Source: an uncultured Granulicella sp. (lineage in GTDB: Bacteria > Acidobacteriota > Terriglobia > Terriglobales > Acidobacteriaceae). Taken from it: a DNA stretch of 64,000 nt. Each line of letters starts with the position of its first letter. Position 1 is the first letter of the stretch. Shown here piece after piece: positions 1 to 7,634 of this stretch. Under the pieces are notes generated by a model. The model made no database searches, was not told where the DNA came from, and saw only the letters and a list, made by a program, of their open reading frames with translations. Location of the stretch: NCBI GenBank assembly GCA_965225725.1, contig CBDDBI010000010.1:169229-233228 (forward strand), written 5' to 3'. Both the position numbers and the translations under genes were made by a program.

Positions 1-193
1 AAAGGTATCCGAACGTCACATCCGAGAGCCCGAACGCAGCGATCAGCGCGCCGTGCGACACCGACAGATTCACCCGGTCGAAGTAGTTGACGAGCACCCC
101 GAAGCCCAGCAGCCAGGCGATCGTCCAACGATGCCGGTTCATGCGTCCACCCTGATCCATCCCGTATCGACCCACCGGCTGTGGCTGCGCCAT
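1..193 (-). CDS. MFS transporter (ACS/anion:cation symporter-like), N-terminal part only; continues beyond window start
   Basis: Manual translation of the minus strand: MAQPQPVGRYGMDQGGRMNRHRWTIAWLLGFGVLVNYFDRVNLSVSHGALIAAFGLSDVTFGYL. The NYFDRxNLS motif is typical of TM1 in ACS-type MFS proteins. Start could also be 160 or 142. Confidence 0.8.
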   Translation of the reverse strand, partial: MAQPQPVGRYGMDQGGRMNRHRWTIAWLLGFGVLVNYFDRVNLSVSHGALIAAFGLSDVTFGYL

Positions 194-292
194 CTGCGTG
201 GAATGGTACGCGAAAGAGCGCGGCACGCGCGACCGCTGGCCTCAAGTCCGCGACAAGCTTCGGGCAAAGCTCTGAAGCCCACTCAAACCGGT

Positions 293-301
293 TGCTATAC
301 T
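293..301 (+). promoter_or_regulatory. Extended -10 promoter (TGcTATACT) for the TA operon
   Basis: TGcTATACT lies 18 nt upstream of ATG 319, with a GAGG SD at 310-313. Confidence 0.55.
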
Positions 302-318
302 TTGAAGACGAGGTCCCC

Positions 319-531
319 ATGCCCGTAATCGAAATTCCCTCTGAGATCGAATCAAAGATCGTTGCATTTTCGGCGAAGACGGGTGAATCCGCCGACCGTC
401 TCCTCAGCGAAGCCGTCCTCACCTATCTTGAAGATCGCGAGGATGCGATGATTGCCGCCGACCGCCTCAAGGACCTCGGCGCGCGCATCAGCCTCGAGGA
501 GATCGGCCGCAAGTATGGCCTGGCAGATTGA
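319..531 (+). CDS. RelB/DUF6290-like antitoxin (RHH-type)
   Basis: 70 aa MPVIEIPSEIESK...EAVLTYLEDREDAMIAADRL...ISLEEIGRKYGL. Acidic C-terminus typical of RelB/StbD; overlaps the toxin start. Confidence 0.8.
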   Translation: MPVIEIPSEIESKIVAFSAKTGESADRLLSEAVLTYLEDREDAMIAADRLKDLGARISLEEIGRKYGLAD

Positions 532-784
532 GTTCAGCGAACAGGCCGACCGCGACTTTGCGCGACTCGACAAGTCCATTCAGAAACGCATCTTCCAATT
601 CCTTCAACAGCGCATCGCACCTGCCGAAAACCCTCGCGCCTTTGGCAAAGCGTTGATGCACCAGTTGCGAGGTCTTTGGCGTTACCGCGTCGGAGACTAC
701 CGCGTCCTTTGCCAAATCGAAGATGAAAGACTCACGGTCCTGGTCGTCGAAGTGGAGCACCGTAGCCGCGCTTACGATCGCTAG
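515..784 (+). CDS. RelE/ParE (StbE-like) type II toxin
   Basis: MAWQIEFSEQADRDFARLDK...GLWRYRVGDYRVLCQIEDERLTVLVVEVEHRSRAY. WRYRVGDYR is the RelE-family signature. Confidence 0.9.
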   Translation: MAWQIEFSEQADRDFARLDKSIQKRIFQFLQQRIAPAENPRAFGKALMHQLRGLWRYRVGDYRVLCQIEDERLTVLVVEVEHRSRAYDR

Positions 785-878
785 CGCCTTTCACCCTGGC
801 TGAATCCCCTCTTTGTCATCTCGCAACGCAGCGGAAATCGCTCCGCTTCGAGCAAGCCTTAGACTGAAGTCAGCCCTT

Positions 879-1595
879 ATGTCTATCGCCGAAAAGTCGA
901 TCGCCGAAAATCTTGCCCAAGTCCGCACTCAGATCGCCGAAGCCTGCGCCCGCGCCGGGCGCCCGCAAGAAGACGTCGCCCTCATGGCTGTCTCCAAGAT
1001 GCATCCGGTCGAGGCGCTGCTCGAAGCCCACGCCGCCGGCCAGCGCCTCTTCGGCGAAAACCGCGTGCAGGAGTGGCAGCAGAAGGCGGAGCAAGCCGCG
1101 TCGCTCGAAGCCCTGGAGATGCACCTGATCGGACCGCTGCAATCGAACAAGACCACTCCCGCGGCCAAGCTCTTCCACGCCGCCGACACGGTCGACTCGC
1201 TCAAGGTCGCGCTACGCCTCAACGAAGCCGCACGCGCGCTCGGCAAGACGCTCCCCATCCTCGTCGAGGTCAAGCTCTCCCCTGAGGAGTCGAAGCACGG
1301 CCTTGCGCCTGCTGACCTTCCCTCGCTGCTCGAAGCCCTCAAGCCACTGGAATCCCTCTGCGTCTCCGGCCTGATGACCGTCGCACCCTGGCCGCAGGAC
1401 CTCGCCAACGCCGGCGAAGAAGCCCGCCCGTACTTCAGGGAGCTCCGCCGCCTGCGCGACCAGAACCTGCCGCAAACCCCCACCCTTACCCAACTCTCCA
1501 TGGGCATGTCCAACGACTTCGCCGCCGCCATCGAGGAGGGTTCTACCTGCGTGCGCATCGGCACCGCCATCTTCGGCAAGCGGAGCCTCTCCTGA
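879..1595 (+). CDS. yggS: PLP homeostasis protein, YggS/PROSC family
   Basis: AVSK (PLP lysine), FGENRVQE, HLIGPLQSNK, LSMGMSNDF and VRIGTAIFG motifs. Confidence 0.95.
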   Translation: MSIAEKSIAENLAQVRTQIAEACARAGRPQEDVALMAVSKMHPVEALLEAHAAGQRLFGENRVQEWQQKAEQAASLEALEMHLIGPLQSNKTTPAAKLFHAADTVDSLKVALRLNEAARALGKTLPILVEVKLSPEESKHGLAPADLPSLLEALKPLESLCVSGLMTVAPWPQDLANAGEEARPYFRELRRLRDQNLPQTPTLTQLSMGMSNDFAAAIEEGSTCVRIGTAIFGKRSLS

Positions 1596-1598
1596 ATC

Positions 1599-1629
1599 GG
1601 GTGCCCCACCCTCGCGGAGCTAGGGTGGG
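1599..1629. repeat. REP-like GGGTGCCCCA hairpin (family 2)
   Basis: gggtg-cccaccct-cgcggagct-agggtggg. Same GTGCCCCA lead and hairpin at 19162-19250 and 22878-22912. Confidence 0.6.
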
Positions 1630-1674
1630 CAGCGGTGGCGCCAGTAAGCGGCCTCGCGCCGCGGTGCCACGCCC

Positions 1675-1971
1675 GTGATCGCCACTCCCACCGAGGACGG
1701 CTGCCTGCTGCACCTCCGCGTTCATCCCGGAGCCCGCCGCAATGCGATCATCGGCATCCACGACAACGCGCTCAAAATCTCGCTTACAACCCCGCCCACC
1801 GACGGCCGCGCCAACGAAGCCCTGATCGCCTTCCTCGCCGAAGCACTCTCCATCCCGCGCGCCCGCCTCACGCTGACGCACGGCCTTGCCAGCCGCAGCA
1901 AGACCCTCCACATCACCGGTCTCAAACCCGCGGAAGTTGAGAAGCTGCTAAGCGCAGAGGAGAAGGCTTAG
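1675..1971 (+). CDS. DUF167/YggU family protein
   Basis: LRVHPGARRN, LKISLTTPPTDGRANEAL and GLASRSK motifs; usual position after yggS. Confidence 0.9.
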   Translation: MIATPTEDGCLLHLRVHPGARRNAIIGIHDNALKISLTTPPTDGRANEALIAFLAEALSIPRARLTLTHGLASRSKTLHITGLKPAEVEKLLSAEEKA

Positions 1972-1980
1972 GATCGCTGC

Positions 1981-2826
1981 ATGGGCTCTCCCACGCATAC
2001 GAGTCGATTGATCTTCCGGAGCGAAAGCGCTGGCCAACCAGACGGCGAAATGGTTCTGTTTCTGCACGGCTTCCCCCAGTTCGCCGACTCCTGGGAACCG
2101 ATTCTGCACGCCGTGGCGAACGCCGGCTACTTCGGCGTCGCGCTCGAACAGCGCGGCTACTCCGCCACAGCACGGCCGCCGAGGGTCGCCGACTACGCGA
2201 TTGAACACCTCGTCGCAGACGCACTTGCAGTCGCCGATCAACATGAATGCCCGCGCTTCCACGTCGTCGGCCACGACTGGGGCGCACTGGTAGGGTGGCA
2301 ACTCGCCGCACGACAGCCGGAACGCCTCCTGAGCCTGACCGCCCTGGCCGTGCCTCACCCGGACGCCTTCTTCCGCGCCGTGAAGTCCGACACCGACCAG
2401 CGTCGGCGCTCGGCTTACATCCCCTTCTTCCGCCTGCCGTTCCACGTCGCCGAGCGCGTGCTGCTTGCGGCCGATGCGAAGCTCCTCCGTAAGCTCTACG
2501 ACGGCAAGCTCACACCCGAAGCCCTCGAAGCCAACGTGCAAAGGCTCTCCGAGCCGGGCGCCCTGACCGCCGCGCTCAACTGGTACCGCGCGATTGACCT
2601 GAAGCAGTCGCGCACCGGCCCCATCCAGGTTCCAACGCTCTACGTCTGGGGCGACCAGGACAAGGCGCTCGGGGAGACGGCCGCGCTCGACACTCGCAAC
2701 TACGTCACCGGCCCGTACCACTTCGAACGGCTCTTCGGAGTCTCGCACTGGCTGATCGAAGAAGCCGGTCCGGCCATCGTCCCAATGCTGCTCCGCCATC
2801 TGCAAGCGAATCGCGACCAGTCTTGA
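1981..2826 (+). CDS. Alpha/beta hydrolase, epoxide hydrolase-like
   Basis: HGFPQ oxyanion motif, GHDWG nucleophile elbow, NWYRA, WGDQDKAL and SHW catalytic His. Confidence 0.85.
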   Translation: MGSPTHTSRLIFRSESAGQPDGEMVLFLHGFPQFADSWEPILHAVANAGYFGVALEQRGYSATARPPRVADYAIEHLVADALAVADQHECPRFHVVGHDWGALVGWQLAARQPERLLSLTALAVPHPDAFFRAVKSDTDQRRRSAYIPFFRLPFHVAERVLLAADAKLLRKLYDGKLTPEALEANVQRLSEPGALTAALNWYRAIDLKQSRTGPIQVPTLYVWGDQDKALGETAALDTRNYVTGPYHFERLFGVSHWLIEEAGPAIVPMLLRHLQANRDQS

Positions 2827-2919
2827 AGACTGCGCTTTGTGCCTCCGGCTCGCCGCCGTCACGCTTCCCGCATCCTTTGTTTTGGCCGCAAATCGCACAA
2901 CCGCTATACTCAACCCTTA

Positions 2920-4410
2920 ATGGACACAACGCAGGCGAAACTCTCCGAGCAGATCCCGATGAAGGACTATCTGCTCGACCACGCGTACGACGAGATGTTC
3001 CTGCGCCCCGAAGACACCCCCGCGAGCGATTCCCCGCAGCTGCACGAGCACTACGAGCCCCTGCTGACCCACTTCGCCAACCTGCCCGAAGGCGAACTGC
3101 AGCGGCGCAAGGCCGCCGCTGACCTTAGCTTCCTCAACCAGGGCATCACCTTCACCGTCTACGGTCGCGACGAAGGCAAAGAGCAGATCTTCCCGTATGA
3201 TCTGCTGCCGCGCATCATCACCAAGGCCGAGTGGGACAAGGTCGAACGCGGCCTCACCCAGCGCATCATGGCGCTCAACCTCTTCCTCAAGGACATTTAC
3301 AACGAGGGCCGCATCCTGGCCGACGGCGTCGTTCCGCGCGAGGTCGTCTACTCGTGCAAGCACTTCCGACGCCAGATGATTGGGCTGCAAGTGCCGCGCA
3401 ATGTTTACGTGGCGGTTTGCGGGACCGACCTCATTCGCCTCGAAAACGGCGAGTTCGTCGTGCTCGAAGACAATCTCCGCGTGCCCTCGGGCGTCAGCTA
3501 CATGCTGACGAACCGGCGCGTGATGAAGCGCATCTTCCCTCAGATTTTCAGAAACTACAACGTCCGTCCGATCGAGCAGTACACGCAGTTGCTGCTCGGG
3601 ACTTTGCGCTCGCTCGCGCCCGAAGGTCGCCCCGAACCGAACATCGTGCTGCTCTCACCGGGCGTCTTCAACTCCGCCTATTTTGAGCACGCGTACCTCG
3701 CGCGCCAGATGGGTATCGAGCTCGTCGAGGGCCGCGATCTCGTCACCCACGATAACGTCATCTACATGCGGACGACCTCCGGGCTACGGCGCGTCGACGT
3801 CATCTACCGCCGCGTCGACGACGACTTCATCGACCCGCTCGCCTTCCGCGGCGACTCCATCCTCGGCGTTTCGGGCCTCTTCAACGCCTACCGCGCCGGC
3901 AACGTCACGCTCGCCAACGCCTTCGGCACCGGCGTCGCCGACGACAAGGCGCTCTACGCCTACGTCCCCGACATCATCAAGTACTACCTCACCGAAGAGC
4001 CCGTGCTCGCCAACGTCGAAACCTACCTGATGACCCGGCCCAAGGAGCGCGAGTACACCCTCCAGAACCTCGACAAGCTGGTGGTGAAGGCAGTCGGCGA
4101 ATCCGGCGGCTACGGCATGCTGATCGGCCCGCAATCCACCGCTGCCGAGCGCGCCATCTTCGCCGAAAAGATTCAGGCCGACCCGCGTAACTACATCGCG
4201 CAACCGACGATCTCGTTCAGCCGCGCGCCATGCCTGATAGGCGACAGCCTGGAACCCCGCCACGTCGACCTGCGCCCCTATGTCCTCTACGGCGACAAGG
4301 TCTCGATCGTCCCCGGCGGCCTCACGCGCGTGGCGCTCAAACGCGGCTCCCTCGTCGTCAACTCCTCGCAAGGCGGCGGCAGCAAAGACACATGGGTCTT
4401 AAGTCAGTAA
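2920..4410 (+). CDS. Circularly permuted type 2 ATP-grasp protein (DUF404/DUF407)
   Basis: [54 protein letters not shown] and [15 protein letters not shown] motifs. Confidence 0.92.
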   Translation: MDTTQAKLSEQIPMKDYLLDHAYDEMFLRPEDTPASDSPQLHEHYEPLLTHFANLPEGELQRRKAAADLSFLNQGITFTVYGRDEGKEQIFPYDLLPRIITKAEWDKVERGLTQRIMALNLFLKDIYNEGRILADGVVPREVVYSCKHFRRQMIGLQVPRNVYVAVCGTDLIRLENGEFVVLEDNLRVPSGVSYMLTNRRVMKRIFPQIFRNYNVRPIEQYTQLLLGTLRSLAPEGRPEPNIVLLSPGVFNSAYFEHAYLARQMGIELVEGRDLVTHDNVIYMRTTSGLRRVDVIYRRVDDDFIDPLAFRGDSILGVSGLFNAYRAGNVTLANAFGTGVADDKALYAYVPDIIKYYLTEEPVLANVETYLMTRPKEREYTLQNLDKLVVKAVGESGGYGMLIGPQSTAAERAIFAEKIQADPRNYIAQPTISFSRAPCLIGDSLEPRHVDLRPYVLYGDKVSIVPGGLTRVALKRGSLVVNSSQGGGSKDTWVLSQ

Positions 4411-4426
4411 CGCGAGAAGGCCTTTG

Positions 4427-4475
4427 CGCGAAGCGCGTCCGGCGTACGCAGTACCGCCCGCCCGGCGTCAGGGCG
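4427..4475. repeat. Single arm of the modular palindromic element (family 1)
   Basis: 4439-4475 is the exact 37-bp reverse complement of 35108-35144. Confidence 0.8.
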
Positions 4476-4523
4476 TTACTTGTCTTCTGTTCCAGTTCCG
4501 ACTCGAGCACCAGATAGCTCGCC

Positions 4524-5033
4524 CTACTCCTTACCCCCGCTCCACTCCAGATAGCTCCGCCAATCCGTCTGCCCCGGCATCTGCGTCTGGAACTTGCCCG
4601 CCATCACGCCGCCTGAAAGTTCATAGGTCAGGCGAAACCGCGGGCCCGGCCCCGGCTCCGACAGAAACACCGCGGAGGTCGGCGTCGGCGTGGTCACATC
4701 GTAGTGAATCGTGTGCCCTTCGTTGTCGAAGTAGATCGCCTTCAGCGGCTGCCCCGGCCGATCCTCGTACACATACAGCAGATCCCCGTGCTCGCAGTCG
4801 AACGTCGCCGGCCCCTTGCACTTCGGGTCGCTCGAACTATGCCGCGCCAGCACATGCCCGCCCAGTTCATGGCGAAATGTATATACGCCGCTCGTCGCCA
4901 CGCCGCCGGCGCTCGCAACCCACGTCCCTTCGAGAAACCCGAGCGACTTCCACGCATCCGCGCCCGACGCAGGCGCCTGGCCCAACAGCGGCATAGCCCC
5001 AATCATCACCGACACTGCAAGCAGCTTCCTCAT
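4524..5033 (-). CDS. Secreted hypothetical protein, possibly calycin/DUF1794-like beta-barrel
   Basis: Signal peptide MRKLLAVSVMIGAMPLLGQA, then WKSLGFLEGTW (LxGxW start typical of lipocalin-like barrels); codon pattern of a real gene. Confidence 0.65.
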   Translation of the reverse strand: MRKLLAVSVMIGAMPLLGQAPASGADAWKSLGFLEGTWVASAGGVATSGVYTFRHELGGHVLARHSSSDPKCKGPATFDCEHGDLLYVYEDRPGQPLKAIYFDNEGHTIHYDVTTPTPTSAVFLSEPGPGPRFRLTYELSGGVMAGKFQTQMPGQTDWRSYLEWSGGKE

Positions 5034-5084
5034 CGCGTCATCCTTTCGTCCTGCGTTCGCAATACCCCGTTGTAAACTCGACCC

Positions 5085-6095
5085 ATGCTCTCACGCGTTG
5101 CCGACTCTCTCTACTGGATGTCCCGCTACCTCGAGCGTGCCGAGCATACAACCCGCCTGCTCGACGTCAACCTGAACCTGATGCTGGATGAGTCGGCCGC
5201 ATCGGCGGAAAAGCGGTGGCGTCGCGTTCTGCACGCTCTCAACAAGCCAAAGGACATCAAGTGGCACGGCGATCCCTACGACCTCGTTCGCTGCCTCACC
5301 TTTGATACCGAGTCGCGCTCCTCTATTCTCTCGCTTCTTATCTCCGCCCGGGAAAACTCCCGCCATGTTCGCGAGCAAATCTCCACCGAGCAGTGGCACC
5401 GTCTCAACTCGCTCTATCTCGCGGTCACGCGCCCCGACCTCCAGCGCCAGCCCGAGCCCGGCACCATGGCCGCCTCGGTCGGCATGGAGCCCGAAGTCCC
5501 CACCGAGTTCCTCCAGCAGGTGATGGAGGCCGTGCACCAGTTCCAGGGCGTTTCCGACTCCACCATGAGCCACGGCGAAGGCTGGCAGTTCATCCAGGTC
5601 GGCCGCTACATCGAGCGCGCCTCCGCCACCGCCTCGCTCCTCATCGCGTACCACGACGACCTTTGGGGCGAGCACACGGCCGACAAGCTCGAATCGAACG
5701 AATATCTGGACTGGATGGGCCTGCTGCGCTCGGCAACCGCCTTCGAGGCTTACTGCAAGGTCTACACCGCAGACCTGACGCCCGACCGCATCCTCGAATT
5801 CCTCCTGCTCGACGAGGAGTTCCCCCACTCGCTCCGCTTCGCCATCGACTCCATGCAGCACGCACTCGATGCCATCGACCGCAACTCCGGTGGCGTCCGC
5901 ACCGAGCCCCTGCAGCGCATCGCCGGCAAGGTCCAGGCCGCGCTCGCCTACTCCTCCGTGGACGAGATTTTCGAACGCGGCGTCGTCCCCTATCTTCACC
6001 GGATCCAGCACCAGCTCTCCGAGATTCACGACACCATGTACAACCTGTACATCGACTTCACGATTCAATCCGCCCTTACGGGGGCAAGCGCCTGA
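5085..6095 (+). CDS. Alpha-E domain protein (DUF403)
   Basis: MLSRVADSLYWMSRYLERAE, ARENSRHVREQIS, GRYIERA and FPHSLRF motifs. Confidence 0.92.
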   Translation: MLSRVADSLYWMSRYLERAEHTTRLLDVNLNLMLDESAASAEKRWRRVLHALNKPKDIKWHGDPYDLVRCLTFDTESRSSILSLLISARENSRHVREQISTEQWHRLNSLYLAVTRPDLQRQPEPGTMAASVGMEPEVPTEFLQQVMEAVHQFQGVSDSTMSHGEGWQFIQVGRYIERASATASLLIAYHDDLWGEHTADKLESNEYLDWMGLLRSATAFEAYCKVYTADLTPDRILEFLLLDEEFPHSLRFAIDSMQHALDAIDRNSGGVRTEPLQRIAGKVQAALAYSSVDEIFERGVVPYLHRIQHQLSEIHDTMYNLYIDFTIQSALTGASA

Positions 6096-6097
6096 CG

Positions 6098-6222
6098 GCA
6101 GCTTCTAGCTCCTAGCTTCTAGCTTCTAGCTAAAGACTTTTCTTGAAACGTCCGAGTTGGAGAACCGCATCATCCCGCATTTGCCTCTAGCTAGAAGCTA
6201 GGAGCTAGAAGCTAGAAGCTGC
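6098..6222. repeat. 35-bp inverted repeat built from tandem TAGCTTC heptamers
   Basis: Arms 6098-6132 and 6188-6222 match at 33/35 as reverse complements; 55-nt loop. Confidence 0.9.
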
Positions 6223-6242
6223 TCTTCTCCAAAGGAGAAACA

Positions 6243-7238
6243 ATGCTCTACTCCATCCGCCACCTCACGAAGTTCCTCTACTCCGCGCCGGTCTCCGAAT
6301 CCATGATGGAGACGCGCATGCACCCGCGCTCCGATGCCAACCAGCGCTGCCTTACCTTCCATCTATCGGTCTCGCCGCGCTGCCGCGTGTTCTCGTACCG
6401 CGATCACCTCGCCAACAACGTGCATCACTTCGATATTCCCGGCCAGCATCGGCAGCTCGTCATCGTCGCCGAATCGCTGGTCGAGGTTCAGCCCCAGCCC
6501 GACCTTCCCAGCTTTCTCGCGCCCGACGCCTGGCAGGATCTTGACGCTATCGTCGCCGCCGGCGACTACTGGGAGTTCCTCTTTCCGTCGGAGTTCTGCG
6601 CGCCCACCCCGCGACTCGACCAGCTCGCCACCGATCTCGACGTCCGCCGCCGCGACGACCCGCTCATGCTCCTGCATGAGCTCAACGAGCGCCTCTTCCG
6701 CTACTTTGACTACGTACCCCGCTCCACCAAGGTCGACTCCCCCATCGACCTCGCGCTCGAGAACCGCAAGGGCGTCTGCCAGGACTTCGCCCACATCATG
6801 ATCACGCTCATCCGCTCGAAGCTGCGCATCCCCTGCCGCTACGTCTCCGGCTACCTCGCGCACCGCCCCACCGACGAGGAGACCGATCGCTCTCGCGCCA
6901 GTGCCACCCACGCCTGGGTGGAGGTGCTGCTGCCGCACTTCGGGTGGGTCGGCTTCGACCCCACCAACTGGCTGATCGCGGGCGAACGCCACATCCGCAC
7001 CGCCATCGGCCGCGACTATGCCGATGTCCCGCCCACCCACGGCATGTTCCGCGGCCGTGCCACGTCGGAGCTCACGGTCGCGGTCCGCGTTACCCCTACC
7101 CAGGGCACGCCCATCCTCGACCAGGAGCTTCCCGTCCCCGAAGACTGGTCGATTCTTGTTGAAAAGGCACAGGCTTTGCCGGAGGGCCCACCCCCGCTCA
7201 CCCGCCTGCAGCAGATGGCGCAACAACAGCAGCAGTAG
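6243..7238 (+). CDS. Transglutaminase family protein with N-terminal Bact_transglu_N domain and poly-Gln tail
   Basis: Triad GVCQDFAH (Cys), ATHAW (His), GFDPTN (Asp); GRDYADVPP; SD aaggag at 6231. Confidence 0.92.
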   Translation: MLYSIRHLTKFLYSAPVSESMMETRMHPRSDANQRCLTFHLSVSPRCRVFSYRDHLANNVHHFDIPGQHRQLVIVAESLVEVQPQPDLPSFLAPDAWQDLDAIVAAGDYWEFLFPSEFCAPTPRLDQLATDLDVRRRDDPLMLLHELNERLFRYFDYVPRSTKVDSPIDLALENRKGVCQDFAHIMITLIRSKLRIPCRYVSGYLAHRPTDEETDRSRASATHAWVEVLLPHFGWVGFDPTNWLIAGERHIRTAIGRDYADVPPTHGMFRGRATSELTVAVRVTPTQGTPILDQELPVPEDWSILVEKAQALPEGPPPLTRLQQMAQQQQQ

Positions 7239-7310
7239 CCGTTCACCCTTGCCGAAGACGGCCCGAAGTTTTCATAGGATGGCACTCGCCGGCAGCCGGG
7301 AAAGTATGTC

Positions 7311-7338
7311 TTGACAAGGATGCTTCGACTTTTATAAA
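7311..7338 (+). promoter_or_regulatory. Sigma70 promoter of the TonB receptor gene
   Basis: TTGACA (7311-7316), 16-nt spacer, TATAAA (7333-7338). Confidence 0.65.
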
Positions 7339-7355
7339 ACCGTCTTTGTTCTGAA

Positions 7356-7613
7356 CTGAAGCGATTTAGTACTGCGAACCGAGACCCTCCCCAAGACACG
7401 AAAACCGGTCGCAGTCCAAACCCTGCCCTTCGAGTAACGACCACTGAAGGAAAGTCAGAACGGAAGCTCACAGCGTTCCGCAAGCGGACCTGTGTTTCTC
7501 ATTCGCTCCGTATCCCACAACCCGTCGAGGATCGCCTTTGTGCGTCCTTCAACTGTTCAGCACGGCTTCCGATCGTGGAAGACCGCTCAAAAAGGTTTAG
7601 TAAATCGATTCAG
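7356..7613. promoter_or_regulatory. Two inverted near-identical 16-mers, LacI-type operator-like (7356-7371 and 7598-7613)
   Basis: ctgaagcgatttagta versus the reverse complement of tagtaaatcgattcag match at 14/16; both are CG-centred pseudo-palindromes. Confidence 0.45.
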
Positions 7614-7634
7614 GCAACTCTTTCAGGAGTACCA

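Noticed and set aside
7345-7634. Cobalamin riboswitch before the TonB receptor
   Set aside because: Only a weak CCACTG..GGAAAG resemblance; the B12 box and GGGAA/GCCCCCGC core are missing.
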